From contig JAZKDQ010000014.1 in the NCBI GenBank assembly GCA_040387495.1, positions 73,752 through 117,332 of the forward strand: a stretch of DNA of 43,581 bases, in the 5' to 3' direction. The DNA comes from Pseudomonadota bacterium. Lineage in GTDB: Bacteria; Pseudomonadota; Alphaproteobacteria; Paracaedibacterales; CAIOTO01. Positions within the stretch are counted from its first letter, which is position 1; the number at the start of each line of letters is the position of its first letter. A program made the position numbers and the translations under genes. The notes under the pieces are model-generated. The model did not search any database. It worked only from the letters and a program-made list of their open reading frames with translations, and had not been told where the DNA came from. Below are positions 20,173-30,008 of the stretch, one piece after another.

Positions 20173-20409
20173 TTTATTGTTTCTTTCCTTTGAATACTAA
20201 TATTTTGTAACGTCATTTCCATGCAAAACATACTTATCTGAAAATGACATTTGCCATAATGCTTTCAATCATTAGCAAAGCATAATAAAAAATGTATTAT
20301 TGCCAAAAAATGCCAGTGGAGTTTAACTGTGGTTTCTAAAAGATAAATCACGAAAATAGTGGTACATTAGGGCAATTATGCATATATATATATAAAATAA
20401 CGAAAAAAA

Positions 20410-21912
20410 ATGGCTCCAATGAATCAAGCTAAAAAAGACGCCAAATTCACGCACTTGCGTGCAACATTTTGGCCCAGCCATTCACATGAAATAAAGAAAT
20501 TTGTTTCGCTATCGTTGATCATGTTTGGGCTTCTCTTTATCTACACCATTGCGCGCGATACAAAAGATACGCTCGTCATTAATGCCGTTGGTGTGCATAT
20601 TATCCCTTTTTTGCAAGGGGCAGCGCTGACAATAGCTGGGTTTTTGTTTGTTCTGGTGTACGCAAAACTGTCTAATATGTTTTCGCGTGAGAAATTGTTC
20701 TACATTATTATCACGCCTTTTTTGTTCTATTACGCCTTTTTTGGGTTTGTGATTCATCCTAACAACGAGTGGTTCCACCCTGCAAAAGAAACCATCGCTG
20801 CACTGAATGCCTCATTCCCCGCTCTGTCGGGTTTTATTGATATATATGCGTGCTGGTCGTATTCACTGTTTTATATTCTAACCGAAATATGGGGCAATGC
20901 GATGATCGGCCTCATGTTTTGGGAATTTGCAAACCATATTGTTCTTCTTGATGAATCAAAGCGATTTTATGGATTGTTTGCCGTTATTGCCAATGTTGCA
21001 TTGATTATATCGGGTTATTTTGTGTATTTTTGCTCGAACACGATTCAGTCTTTCTTACCGCAGGGAAAAGACGCATGGACAATCTCGATGTATCTTTTGA
21101 TGGGCAGTATTCTTTTGATGGGTGTTTTTGTTATTAGCGTTTTTCGTTGGATGCACATTCATATATTACATAACGGTGACGCGGATGGCTTCTCCGTAGA
21201 AAAAGTTAAAGCACAGCCATCCCAGAAAAAATCACTTCTCCAAAGTGCCTGGGTTGTTGTGACTTCACATGAGATTTTGTTGATTCTTATCCTTGTCTTG
21301 TCCTATTCCATTGCGGTTAACGTGCTCGAAATGCAGTGGAAGCATCAGCTCAATCTATTTTGCCAGGGTAATAGTGGAATCTATAACGGATACATGGGGT
21401 TGTATTCGTCTATCACAGGTGTTTTTACGATTCTTTGTGGCGTGTTCATTAGTGCGCGCTTGCTGCACAGTGGCACGTGGTTTCGAGCGGCGATCATTAC
21501 GCCGGCACTATTTTTAATCATCGGTGGATTGTATTTCATTCATATAGTTAATCCAAACTTGATTGGGTTTATTTTAAGTAAGTTTTCTGTGTCGCCGCTT
21601 GCATTTGCTGCAGCGGCAGGTGGAGTGGTTGTTCTTATTTTAAAATCAATGAAATACACATTGTTTGACCCCACAAAAGAAATGGCTTATATCCCATTGA
21701 GTGAAGAGCTGCGCACAAAAGGAAAAGCGGCTGTTGATGTGCTGGGCAGCAATTTAGGCGAATCCGGTAGTGGGTATATTCACATTATTTTGTTTAGCGT
21801 GATGGTAACGAAAGATGTGCTGATTATTGCACCGTATGCATGCGCGATTTTTCTGGCTGTGTGCTTGGTGTGGCTAATGGCCGTTAAAGTTATGGCAGAT
21901 AAGATTGCGTGA
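20410..21912 (+). CDS. NTT/TLC-family nucleotide transporter (ATP/ADP translocase family)
   Basis: YTIARDTKD, FWEFAN, KRFYGLF, KYTLFDPTKEMAYIPL and KGKAAVDV motifs; about 12 TM segments. Confidence 0.93.
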   Translation: MAPMNQAKKDAKFTHLRATFWPSHSHEIKKFVSLSLIMFGLLFIYTIARDTKDTLVINAVGVHIIPFLQGAALTIAGFLFVLVYAKLSNMFSREKLFYIIITPFLFYYAFFGFVIHPNNEWFHPAKETIAALNASFPALSGFIDIYACWSYSLFYILTEIWGNAMIGLMFWEFANHIVLLDESKRFYGLFAVIANVALIISGYFVYFCSNTIQSFLPQGKDAWTISMYLLMGSILLMGVFVISVFRWMHIHILHNGDADGFSVEKVKAQPSQKKSLLQSAWVVVTSHEILLILILVLSYSIAVNVLEMQWKHQLNLFCQGNSGIYNGYMGLYSSITGVFTILCGVFISARLLHSGTWFRAAIITPALFLIIGGLYFIHIVNPNLIGFILSKFSVSPLAFAAAAGGVVVLILKSMKYTLFDPTKEMAYIPLSEELRTKGKAAVDVLGSNLGESGSGYIHIILFSVMVTKDVLIIAPYACAIFLAVCLVWLMAVKVMADKIA

Positions 21913-21946
21913 ATAGAGAAGTGCTTCTTATAGCAATATTTAATCA

Positions 21947-21975
21947 TTGACATTTTGTCGCCCATAGGATACACT
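21947..21975 (+). promoter_or_regulatory. Sigma70 promoter of the TA operon, overlapping an imperfect palindromic operator
   Basis: TTGACA-N17-TACACT, with TGTCGCCCATAGGATACA overlapping the spacer and -10. Confidence 0.7.
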
Positions 21976-22009
21976 TTAAGGATCACCTACACTAGACATG
22001 TCAACTTGC

Positions 22010-22339
22010 ATGAATACAAAAAAAGTTCTTATTTACAAAGATATTACAGGCAAAGAGCCTTTTGTAAATTGGCTAGAAACACAAGATAAAATTTCTCAAA
22101 TACGCATTAGAAAGCGAATTGCGCGTATTGAAATCGGTAATTTGGGTGATTACAAGGCGATTGATTCTGGCGTCTTTGAACTAAGGTTTTTCTTTGGATC
22201 AGGCTATCGTGTATATTTTGGAATGCTTGGTGACACCGCTGTTATTTTATTGTGTGGCGGCGATAAATCAAGTCAAGAACAAGACATAAAAAAAGCAATT
22301 TCTTATTGGAAAGAGGTTCAAAATGAGATCATTTCATGA
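22010..22339 (+). CDS. Type II toxin, RelE/ParE (addiction module killer) family
   Basis: GKEPFVNWL…GNLGDYK…GVFELRFFFGSGYRVYF…LLCGGDKSSQEQDI. Confidence 0.92.
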   Translation: MNTKKVLIYKDITGKEPFVNWLETQDKISQIRIRKRIARIEIGNLGDYKAIDSGVFELRFFFGSGYRVYFGMLGDTAVILLCGGDKSSQEQDIKKAISYWKEVQNEIIS

Positions 22340-22643
22340 ATATAACATTGAAAAATTAAAAAATTCTGAAGATGCATGCCTTTATTTGACAGACGCTTTG
22401 CTTGATTTTGAGGTTGATCATGATGTGCATGCTTTTTTGAAAGCGCTGAAAGATGTGACTGATGCACAAGGTGGTATAGGTGAGCTTGCAAAAAGAACAA
22501 ACCTCAACCGTCAAAATCTGTACAAAATTCTTTCTGCAAAACGCCAACCAAAGATCGAAACATTGGGAACAATTTTAGATGGATTAGGGTTTCAGCTAAG
22601 TATTACCCCCAAAAATAGTACAATTCCAGAACAGCATGTTTAA
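22323..22643 (+). CDS. Type II antitoxin (addiction module antidote, HTH)
   Basis: YLxxAL…FLKALKDV…GGIGELAKRTNLNRQNLYKILS…PKIETL; overlaps the toxin gene. Confidence 0.92.
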   Translation: MRSFHEYNIEKLKNSEDACLYLTDALLDFEVDHDVHAFLKALKDVTDAQGGIGELAKRTNLNRQNLYKILSAKRQPKIETLGTILDGLGFQLSITPKNSTIPEQHV

Positions 22644-22789
22644 TTACCCTCCCCGATCCCTTATTCTGGTATGAGAGGACTTCCCAACATCAAGAAGAAT
22701 TAGATCGTGCAACTGATGCAATGCATAATGTGATTAAAAATAATGGTGAGTGGATACCAAGCTAGGTATCTCTTAAAAATTTGAATTGT

Positions 22790-22867
22790 TATGCATGCGC
22801 GATTTTTCTGGCTGTGTGCTTGGTGTGGCTAATGGCCGTTAAAGTTATGGCAGATAAGATTGCGTGA
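22790..22867 (+). repeat. Exact 78-bp copy of the ntt 3' end (21835-21912), including the stop codon
   Basis: Base-by-base identity. Confidence 0.96.
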
Positions 22868-23053
22868 GACGAAAGGGGGACACTTCGGACTTAAAAAAGT
22901 TTTTCTCCTGTCTAATTCTTAAATTTATTATTTCTTCCCTCATTCTAATTGCGGCTATTATTTAATCAAAATTTTTCAGAGGATCAATCAGGATTGCGGA
23001 GATAACCTAATACGTATAGCATTTATTTAACTAATTACGCGGAGTTCTTGATA

Positions 23054-23791
23054 ATGTATATTATTTTTGTTGCATTAGGTGTAGCGGTCGCTATGTTTCT
23101 TGTTGAACTTATATGCCCTGCACGACAGTGGAAAATAGTTAGGCATTGGTGGCTACGCGCAATCATTTTTAACAGCATTCAGATTGCTATCGTTTATTTA
23201 GCAACACTAACGTGGGATCTTTGGTTTTCTGGAAATCATGTATGGGAATCAAAAAAGTATCTAGGGGATGGGGCGTCTATATTTGTTGGATATATACTCA
23301 TTACATTTATTTATTATTGGTGGCATAGAATGCGACATGATGTTTATTTTTTGTGGAGGTGGTGTCATCAATTGCACCATAGCCCACAACGAATTGAAAT
23401 TCTGACAGCGTTTTATAAGCATCCGATAGAGCTTATCGTGAATGGTTTTCTATCAAGTTTAATTTTATACGTATTCCTTGGGTTAGAACCTTCAGCAGTA
23501 TCCCAGGTTATTTTGATAACAGGAATTGCTGAATTATTTTATCACTGGAACATCAAAACGCCTTATTGGTTGGGCTTCATTTTTCAACGTCCAGAAAGTC
23601 ATTGTATACATCATCAATATCAGCATCATAAAAATAATTACTCAGATTTGCCGCTTTGGGATATATTATTTGGAACTTTTCAAAATCCTAGAGAGAGTGA
23701 ATTTATGTGTGGCTTTGATGACAGTAAAGAGCAAGCTGTTATACCTATGTTGAAAGGAAAAGATTTATACAAAAGAAAGCAGCGCAAATGA
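23054..23791 (+). CDS. Sterol desaturase / fatty-acid hydroxylase family protein
   Basis: His boxes YWWHRMRH, HQLHHS, FYH and HCIHH, plus NYSDLPLWDILFGT. Confidence 0.9.
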   Translation: MYIIFVALGVAVAMFLVELICPARQWKIVRHWWLRAIIFNSIQIAIVYLATLTWDLWFSGNHVWESKKYLGDGASIFVGYILITFIYYWWHRMRHDVYFLWRWCHQLHHSPQRIEILTAFYKHPIELIVNGFLSSLILYVFLGLEPSAVSQVILITGIAELFYHWNIKTPYWLGFIFQRPESHCIHHQYQHHKNNYSDLPLWDILFGTFQNPRESEFMCGFDDSKEQAVIPMLKGKDLYKRKQRK

Positions 23792-24291
23792 ACTTTCAAG
23801 ATAAAATCACATTTATATTCTTATGTTCAATTGGTATAATGCAATTAAGTGGAGACTTATTAAATGTGCCTCTATTAAAAGCATTAGGCGCCGCAACTGG
23901 AGCATCCCCTGCGCCAAAAGTATTTACAGCACAAAATGGTTTTGAAACATATACTTCTACTTTTTATATATCTTGGTCTGATCAGAAGAAACAACAGCAG
24001 ACGTTGGAATTAAGTCCAAAAATATATAAAGGCATTAAAGGACCTTATAATAGGCGGAATGCTTACGGTGCAATTATTTCGTATGCACCTGTTTTGTATG
24101 CAAATTCAAAAACAAAGGACATGTTTTTAGGTGCCTTGCACTATTCTTTTTGTGGAAAAACTACCGTTCTTGGAGAACTTGGCATTTGCCCGGATAAAGA
24201 CGCTCTCATAACATTGCATCTTAGTCCAAAACAAAAGCTTCCAGATAATCATACGTGGAAATTGCAATATGAGGTAAAATGTCATGCATAA
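23788..24291 (+). CDS. Hypothetical membrane-anchored protein, translationally coupled in the operon
   Basis: ATGA overlap with the desaturase; N-terminal TM; ASPAPKVF and GPYNRRNAYG motifs. Confidence 0.8.
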   Translation: MNFQDKITFIFLCSIGIMQLSGDLLNVPLLKALGAATGASPAPKVFTAQNGFETYTSTFYISWSDQKKQQQTLELSPKIYKGIKGPYNRRNAYGAIISYAPVLYANSKTKDMFLGALHYSFCGKTTVLGELGICPDKDALITLHLSPKQKLPDNHTWKLQYEVKCHA

Positions 24292-25498
24292 CAAATGGAC
24301 AAGCAATCAATATAATGTTTTTAGAGTTCTCTTTGGTGTATATCTTATCGTTCATTTTTCTTATTTAATACCTTGGAGCAGTGAATTATTTTCAGATATT
24401 GGCATGATATCACATAGACAAGATAGCCCATTATTATATTGTTTCCCAAATATTTTGGCGTGTATAGATAGCCCTTTATTTGTAATTTTTTTTATAATTC
24501 TTGCTTGTCTATCTGCTATTTGTTTTGTGTGTGGTTATAATGATAAATATGCAGCTTTATATATGTGGTATGTTCTGGCATGTCTTTTTGGACGCAACCC
24601 CCTTATTGCAAATCCAAGCCTGCCTTATGTAGGGTGGATGTTATTAGCACATTTATTTATACCAAAAACACCTAAAAATAGTATCGATAGTGCTATTGCG
24701 TGGAAAATGCCAACCTCTGTTCATTTGGCGAGTTGGGTAGTTCTTGCTGTATCTTATAGCTATAGCGGGTATACAAAATTACTTAGCCCAAGTTGGTTAG
24801 AAGGAAAAAACCTTTTATATGTACTTTACAATCCCTTAGCGAGAGATTATTTCTTAAGAGATTTCTTCTTACGGATACCCTCCATTTTTCTGAGCTTGAT
24901 CACGTGGGGAATATTAATCATAGAATTACTTTTTGCATTTCTGATTTTAAAGAAAAGGGTGCGCCCATACATGTGGCTTTCTATGTTGATTGTTCAGTTT
25001 GGTTTTGCATTTTTACTAAGTTTTCCTGATTTAACCATAGCAATGCTTTTGTTTCATTTATTCACCTTTGATCCAGCATGGCTGGAATCAAAAGCAGCGG
25101 CAAATTCTGGTATATTATTTTATGATGGTGATTGTGGTCTATGTCATGGCGTTGTCCGGTTTTTATTGGCCGAGGATCATCGTCAAATATTTCAGATGTC
25201 TCCTTTGCAAGGTGAGAAATTCAAAACAATATTAGAACCGGGAAAGCAGGTGACGATGAAAGATAGCGTTGTGTTGGTTATTAAAGATAGAGCTTTAACA
25301 CGTTCGACGGCCATTGTTTATTTATTGAAAAATTTAGGGGGTTTATGGACAATTTTGGGATATATCCTTTTCTTTTTCCCTAAATTCATAAGAGACTTTG
25401 GCTATGATTGTGTAGGCACTATTCGTCATTGTTTATTCCCAAAACCATCTGGATTTTGCCCTATACTGCCAGAATCATTGAGAGGTAGATTGTTATAA
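24284..25498 (+). CDS. HTTM-like membrane domain fused to a DCC1-like (DUF393) thiol-disulfide oxidoreductase
   Basis: FRVLFG…, RNPLI, YSYSGYTKL…W and IELLF in a multi-TM N-terminal part; C-terminal LFYDGDCGLC…PLQG…RDFGYD. Confidence 0.8.
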   Translation: MHNKWTSNQYNVFRVLFGVYLIVHFSYLIPWSSELFSDIGMISHRQDSPLLYCFPNILACIDSPLFVIFFIILACLSAICFVCGYNDKYAALYMWYVLACLFGRNPLIANPSLPYVGWMLLAHLFIPKTPKNSIDSAIAWKMPTSVHLASWVVLAVSYSYSGYTKLLSPSWLEGKNLLYVLYNPLARDYFLRDFFLRIPSIFLSLITWGILIIELLFAFLILKKRVRPYMWLSMLIVQFGFAFLLSFPDLTIAMLLFHLFTFDPAWLESKAAANSGILFYDGDCGLCHGVVRFLLAEDHRQIFQMSPLQGEKFKTILEPGKQVTMKDSVVLVIKDRALTRSTAIVYLLKNLGGLWTILGYILFFFPKFIRDFGYDCVGTIRHCLFPKPSGFCPILPESLRGRLL

Positions 25499-25505
25499 CA
25501 AAGAG

Positions 25506-25700
25506 AAAGGAAAAGCGGCTGTTGATGTGCTGGGCAGCAATTTAGGCGAATCGGGTAATGGGTATATTCACATTATTTTGTTTAGCGTGATGGTAACGAA
25601 AGATGTGCTGATTATTGCACCGTATGCATGCGCGATTTTTCTGGCTGTTTGCTTGGTGTGGCTAATGGCCGTTAAAGTTATGGCGCGAAAGATTGTATAG
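25506..25700 (+). repeat. 195-bp diverged copy of the ntt 3' end (21718-21912)
   Basis: Colinear, with few substitutions until the last codons. Encodes …VMARKIV* versus …VMADKIA*, with the stop at the same position. Confidence 0.96.
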
Positions 25701-25850
25701 TAATGATTCAGATGTTTTTGGGGATCTAACGCCGAATGACATTGGTTTTTCCAATTCCAATTTTTTATACTTGATTTATTATCACGTCATGCACATATAA
25801 GAATAGTAATAAGAAATATGCTTTTAATTTTCACATCAAAGGGATACACA

Positions 25851-26918
25851 ATGTTTACAAAACTTGTAATATTGACGACACTTTCATTGGTTTCAATCGT
25901 TACTGCAATGACGCCAGAGGACATAGAAAATAATTCGAATCAGTTAGTTGTTGTTGCTGCAGGTGCGGCGATAGAGCAAGTCGGGCAGGCCGCTGAAGAA
26001 CACGCTGCAGCTATAGGGCAGATTTTGACGGCAACACCTGCTGCAACTCGTGTCTATAAAGAGCCCCACCTTTGGAGTGAAATAAGATCATATTTGGGAA
26101 TGAATTACAGCTGCCCAAGTGATGCGCGCATAAGCAAATTGTTGGCTTTAAATGAATCAGACAGACACAAAGCGTTTATTTTTTCGGCGTCTATTTTTTC
26201 GCCGTATCTAAAGATTAATGATTTTTCAATTTTATCAAATGCACATTTAATAGCATTAAGTACCAATACTTTTTTTGATACTGTTGATATAGATATGCCA
26301 TACATAAACCCAAATAATTTGGCTGATGGATTAGCAACATTAAAAACCTCTCTTCTTCCACGCAAAGTAACCATATCTTCTGAGAGCTTTCAAACAATTA
26401 GGTGGACTCGGACTTTTGAAACGATTAATGGAAAAAGAGTTAACACAAGAACCAGTGATTTTGTTCAAATTACACCTGAACGTCCTTCACATTCATGTGG
26501 TATGAGAATCAGGGGTGGAGAGCTAGATGGAAATGCTGTGTGGATAGAGGAGCCTGAATGTGGTCGTGATATTTGTGTTAATCAAATAGATATTTTTAGT
26601 AAATTGCAGGTGTGTGCAAATATAAAAAAAACAGAGCTTAAGTCATTCTGGGAAAAGGAAACTGATCATTTTTCTTCGATTCGTGATTTAATCCTTATGC
26701 CACAAACAGAATATAAATTTTTCAAAATAACTAATGAATTTTCCAAAATTGACTTATCAGCAATACTCTTAACACTCCCAACTCTGGCACTCGAATCATC
26801 AAGCATTGAACCTTCTTATGCAAGAATCGAAACAACGTCGATTCCAGTTGAGTCTAGTGCTGGAGAAATTTATCTGAAACTAACAACAAAGTTCTCTGTG
26901 TTTTCGTTAAAGAAATAA
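25851..26918 (+). CDS. Secreted hypothetical protein
   Basis: Signal peptide MFTKLVILTTLSLVSIVTA; no recognised domain. Confidence 0.75.
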   Translation: MFTKLVILTTLSLVSIVTAMTPEDIENNSNQLVVVAAGAAIEQVGQAAEEHAAAIGQILTATPAATRVYKEPHLWSEIRSYLGMNYSCPSDARISKLLALNESDRHKAFIFSASIFSPYLKINDFSILSNAHLIALSTNTFFDTVDIDMPYINPNNLADGLATLKTSLLPRKVTISSESFQTIRWTRTFETINGKRVNTRTSDFVQITPERPSHSCGMRIRGGELDGNAVWIEEPECGRDICVNQIDIFSKLQVCANIKKTELKSFWEKETDHFSSIRDLILMPQTEYKFFKITNEFSKIDLSAILLTLPTLALESSSIEPSYARIETTSIPVESSAGEIYLKLTTKFSVFSLKK

Positions 26919-27340
26919 GATAAGTGAGCGGTGTATTTTTTTAATGTAACAAATTATTAGGGGGGGCGTGCAGTATGCCATCGGATCATGCTCCCTCTCA
27001 TTTTCATGCTATATACGGTGATACGAAGTGCTTATAAATAACAAACTTTGAAGTTATTAAGGGGTTTTTGCCTCGCCAAGCCCTTGTTCTTGTGTTAGAA
27101 AGGGCTACCAACATCGAGAATAAATGCTCTAAATTTTCAGGTCAATCACACGCCACTGGCATAAGAAAATAGCGTACATATTCTTATATGTGATAGAAAA
27201 GTACATATAAGCCTTAGCCATCTCTTTATACCTTTCAAAAATAGCCATAGGAAATACCCAAAATTAATGCTAAAGTCTATCCAAATGGGATGGCAGAAAC
27301 TAAGCATTTCCCTACCTATCCAACAAAAAGGATCATGACC

Positions 27341-27838
27341 ATGACAATTCAAGTAGGCCAAAAAATTCCAAATGTTTGTTTGAAAATCGTAAATTCTGAC
27401 GGCGTTAAAGAAGTCAGTACACTCGAATTATTCAATGGCAAAAAAAGTATTGTATTTGGGCTTCCTGGCGCGTTTACGCCTGTTTGCTCTGCACGCCACG
27501 TGCCTGAGTTTGCTGCAAACAAAGACGTTCTTCAAAAAGCCGGTGTTGATCAAATCGTTTGTCTATCTGTTAACGATGCGTTCGTTATGAAAGCATGGGC
27601 TGACCAATTAAACGTAACTGATTCCGTGATTATGTTATGTGATGGTAATGGTAGCTTAACTGAAGCGCTCGGCATGACGCTTGACCTTTCAGCGCATGGC
27701 CTTGGAGTACGTTCCAAACGTTATGCGATGATTGTTGATGACTGTGTTGTAAAACATCTTGGAATAGAAGATACCCCCGAAACATGTTCTGTGTCATCAG
27801 CAGAATATTTTGTAAATCTGCTTTCAAAAGCAGTATAA
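27341..27838 (+). CDS. Peroxiredoxin (Prx5/AhpC-TSA redoxin family)
   Basis: FGLPGAFTPVCSARHVP, SVNDAFVMKAW and RSKRYAM motifs. Confidence 0.93.
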   Translation: MTIQVGQKIPNVCLKIVNSDGVKEVSTLELFNGKKSIVFGLPGAFTPVCSARHVPEFAANKDVLQKAGVDQIVCLSVNDAFVMKAWADQLNVTDSVIMLCDGNGSLTEALGMTLDLSAHGLGVRSKRYAMIVDDCVVKHLGIEDTPETCSVSSAEYFVNLLSKAV

Positions 27839-27945
27839 ATCCATTAATGCTCTTCGTTTGGTACGGATTGTTCTTGATTTTAAGAAAAGAGAATATAGAC
27901 GAATGAAGAGCACCAAGTACCTTAACCTTTATAAAAGTATCACAC

Positions 27946-28812
27946 ATGCCTCTTTCAATTCAAAATCAAGATCATTCACGTGAGGATTCGTTACCTAATA
28001 CATTGTTAGCGCCTGGGGATCTTAAAATTGGAGAGCAATATCATCTTTCAGAGTTGAGACACGATAAATACACACACGACTTTGGTTATTTGGACCGAGT
28101 TTTAGAAAACGAACAATTTGCCTTGTTTGAGCAACGTCAATGGAATTTAGATCTTTGCACGCCCATGGGCACAGAAATATTGCTTCGCGTACCAAATGTA
28201 AATGACACTCAGCTTTATTTATCGACAGCCTATTGGATTGAATTCGCTGAATCAACCAAAAAGCTTGAAGACTTATCGTATAAAATTTTATCAAAGCTCC
28301 TTAGGAATGCACATTTGTTAAACCCCTTGCATGCGCCTTATTATGTGAATATGCCGCCGCCAGTTGTGTCTGTTGAGCTTGTTAATTATCTTAAGACATT
28401 AATTGATAAAGCGGGACTACCCTATAATTTCATCGGCATTGAATTGACCGAGCGTCAACCCATTATTGACCCGATACAATTTAAGCATGGCATCAATGCA
28501 CTGCAGTTGCTAAAAATACCGGTTGCCCTTGATGATTACGGACGCGGGTATGCAACGATGCAATTCTTGCGTGATATGTATGTTGATCGCGTTAAGATTG
28601 ATCGCGGGTTGTTACATGACGCTAAAGTTAATTTATCAAAACGCTTAACACTGGTGTCGTTGCTTGATTTTGCGACTGAATTTGGTATCGAAGTTATCGC
28701 CGAAGGTGTTGAAATTGAAAGTGATTACGATTTTGTATGTCAGCTTGAGTGTGATGGGTTGCAAGGATTTTATGTTGATTCGCCCCAAATGCTGATTCCT
28801 GTTGAGGCGTAA
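27946..28812 (+). CDS. Stand-alone EAL-domain protein (c-di-GMP phosphodiesterase-like)
   Basis: EILLR, YVN, IELTE, DDYGRG, KID, EGVE and QG motifs. Confidence 0.88.
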   Translation: MPLSIQNQDHSREDSLPNTLLAPGDLKIGEQYHLSELRHDKYTHDFGYLDRVLENEQFALFEQRQWNLDLCTPMGTEILLRVPNVNDTQLYLSTAYWIEFAESTKKLEDLSYKILSKLLRNAHLLNPLHAPYYVNMPPPVVSVELVNYLKTLIDKAGLPYNFIGIELTERQPIIDPIQFKHGINALQLLKIPVALDDYGRGYATMQFLRDMYVDRVKIDRGLLHDAKVNLSKRLTLVSLLDFATEFGIEVIAEGVEIESDYDFVCQLECDGLQGFYVDSPQMLIPVEA

Positions 28813-28936
28813 CGTATTTTGTTAGCGTGAGGTGAAAATTCACTAAAAATACACCTAAAAAATACATAAAATACAATCTATTTGTTAATAAATTCATGCT
28901 ATGCTCTCATCAAAGAAGTGTATTAAGAGGATTTTT

Positions 28937-29941
28937 ATGAGTTTCACATCTATATCAAACTCTCTGAATTTTGGTCGGCGCAGCCCCAAGCAACCTCAGC
29001 TGCGTTCAGATACTTCCATAGGCCCACTTTCTGAATCTTCAAGCACTTACTGTTCAAAACTTATAAAAACAAGTATGCGTTTTTCTTTAACTGCTTTGTT
29101 GCTTGAAATGCCACCATATTATGTATCGCAGGCGAATGCAGATGATGAAAAAGGTTCTTCAGTTGTTCAGGTAGGTGCACGTAATACACGCAATAAAGAT
29201 TTCCAACACATACTAAATAATTCTCATTTCGCCCTATTTGCACAGGAACAACGATACGTAAATAATGGACTTTTAGGCAAGGTTGATCGATCTGCGGGAA
29301 CAGAGCTGCTTATTCGTATCCCCAATGCACTGGAAAAAGGTAAATACCTCAATACCGAAGAATTTATTATCCACGTTGCCAGCATGGGGCAGCTTGACGC
29401 GTTGACAACAAAAATTATTGAAAAAGTCATTCGCAGTGTGGCGTTATTGGATAGAGCAAACGCACCTTATTATATCAATGTTCCGCCGCCATTGATCTCG
29501 CCTATATTTGCTAAAGAACTCGCGTTGAAATTAGCTGAAGCTGGACTCTCAACTAAATTGATCGGTATTGAACTAACAGAACGTGAAACGATTTTGGATC
29601 GCGCAGCTTTTAATGCAGGCATGACAGAACTTAAGCGAATGGGTATTCCACTTGCGCTTGATGATTATGGGCGTGGCAATTCAACGCAAGAATTTCTAAT
29701 TGGTTTACCAGTTGAGCGCATTAAAATTGATCGCGGTGCGTTTTGTGATGCGCAAAAAGATTCAAAACTGGCAGAAAAACTGTCTTCAGAAATAGAACTT
29801 ATGCAAAAATCAGGCATGGAAGTGATCGTAGAGGGCATTGAAACCACTGACGATTGCACGTTTGCACTTAATTTAGGGTGCGATGGGATGCAGGGTTATT
29901 TTTTTGATTTCCCCAAAATGCTGATTCCTGTTGACGCGTAA
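28937..29941 (+). CDS. EAL-domain protein with an N-terminal extension
   Basis: ELLIR, YIN, IELTE, DDYGRG, KID, EGIE and QGY motifs. Confidence 0.88.
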   Translation: MSFTSISNSLNFGRRSPKQPQLRSDTSIGPLSESSSTYCSKLIKTSMRFSLTALLLEMPPYYVSQANADDEKGSSVVQVGARNTRNKDFQHILNNSHFALFAQEQRYVNNGLLGKVDRSAGTELLIRIPNALEKGKYLNTEEFIIHVASMGQLDALTTKIIEKVIRSVALLDRANAPYYINVPPPLISPIFAKELALKLAEAGLSTKLIGIELTERETILDRAAFNAGMTELKRMGIPLALDDYGRGNSTQEFLIGLPVERIKIDRGAFCDAQKDSKLAEKLSSEIELMQKSGMEVIVEGIETTDDCTFALNLGCDGMQGYFFDFPKMLIPVDA

Positions 29942-30008
29942 GCCTGGGCTTACTAAGAATAGTAAGAGAATTGATGAGCAATACACGATAAGAAGCAAAA
30001 TTTTCATT

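Noticed and set aside
21718..25700. Classical integron or prophage attL/attR
   Set aside because: No integrase, attC-type hairpins or phage genes in the window, and the repeats have different lengths.
26050..26100. F-box motif in the 25851 protein (PHLWSEIRSYL)
   Set aside because: Only a partial match; the downstream F-box consensus is not evident.
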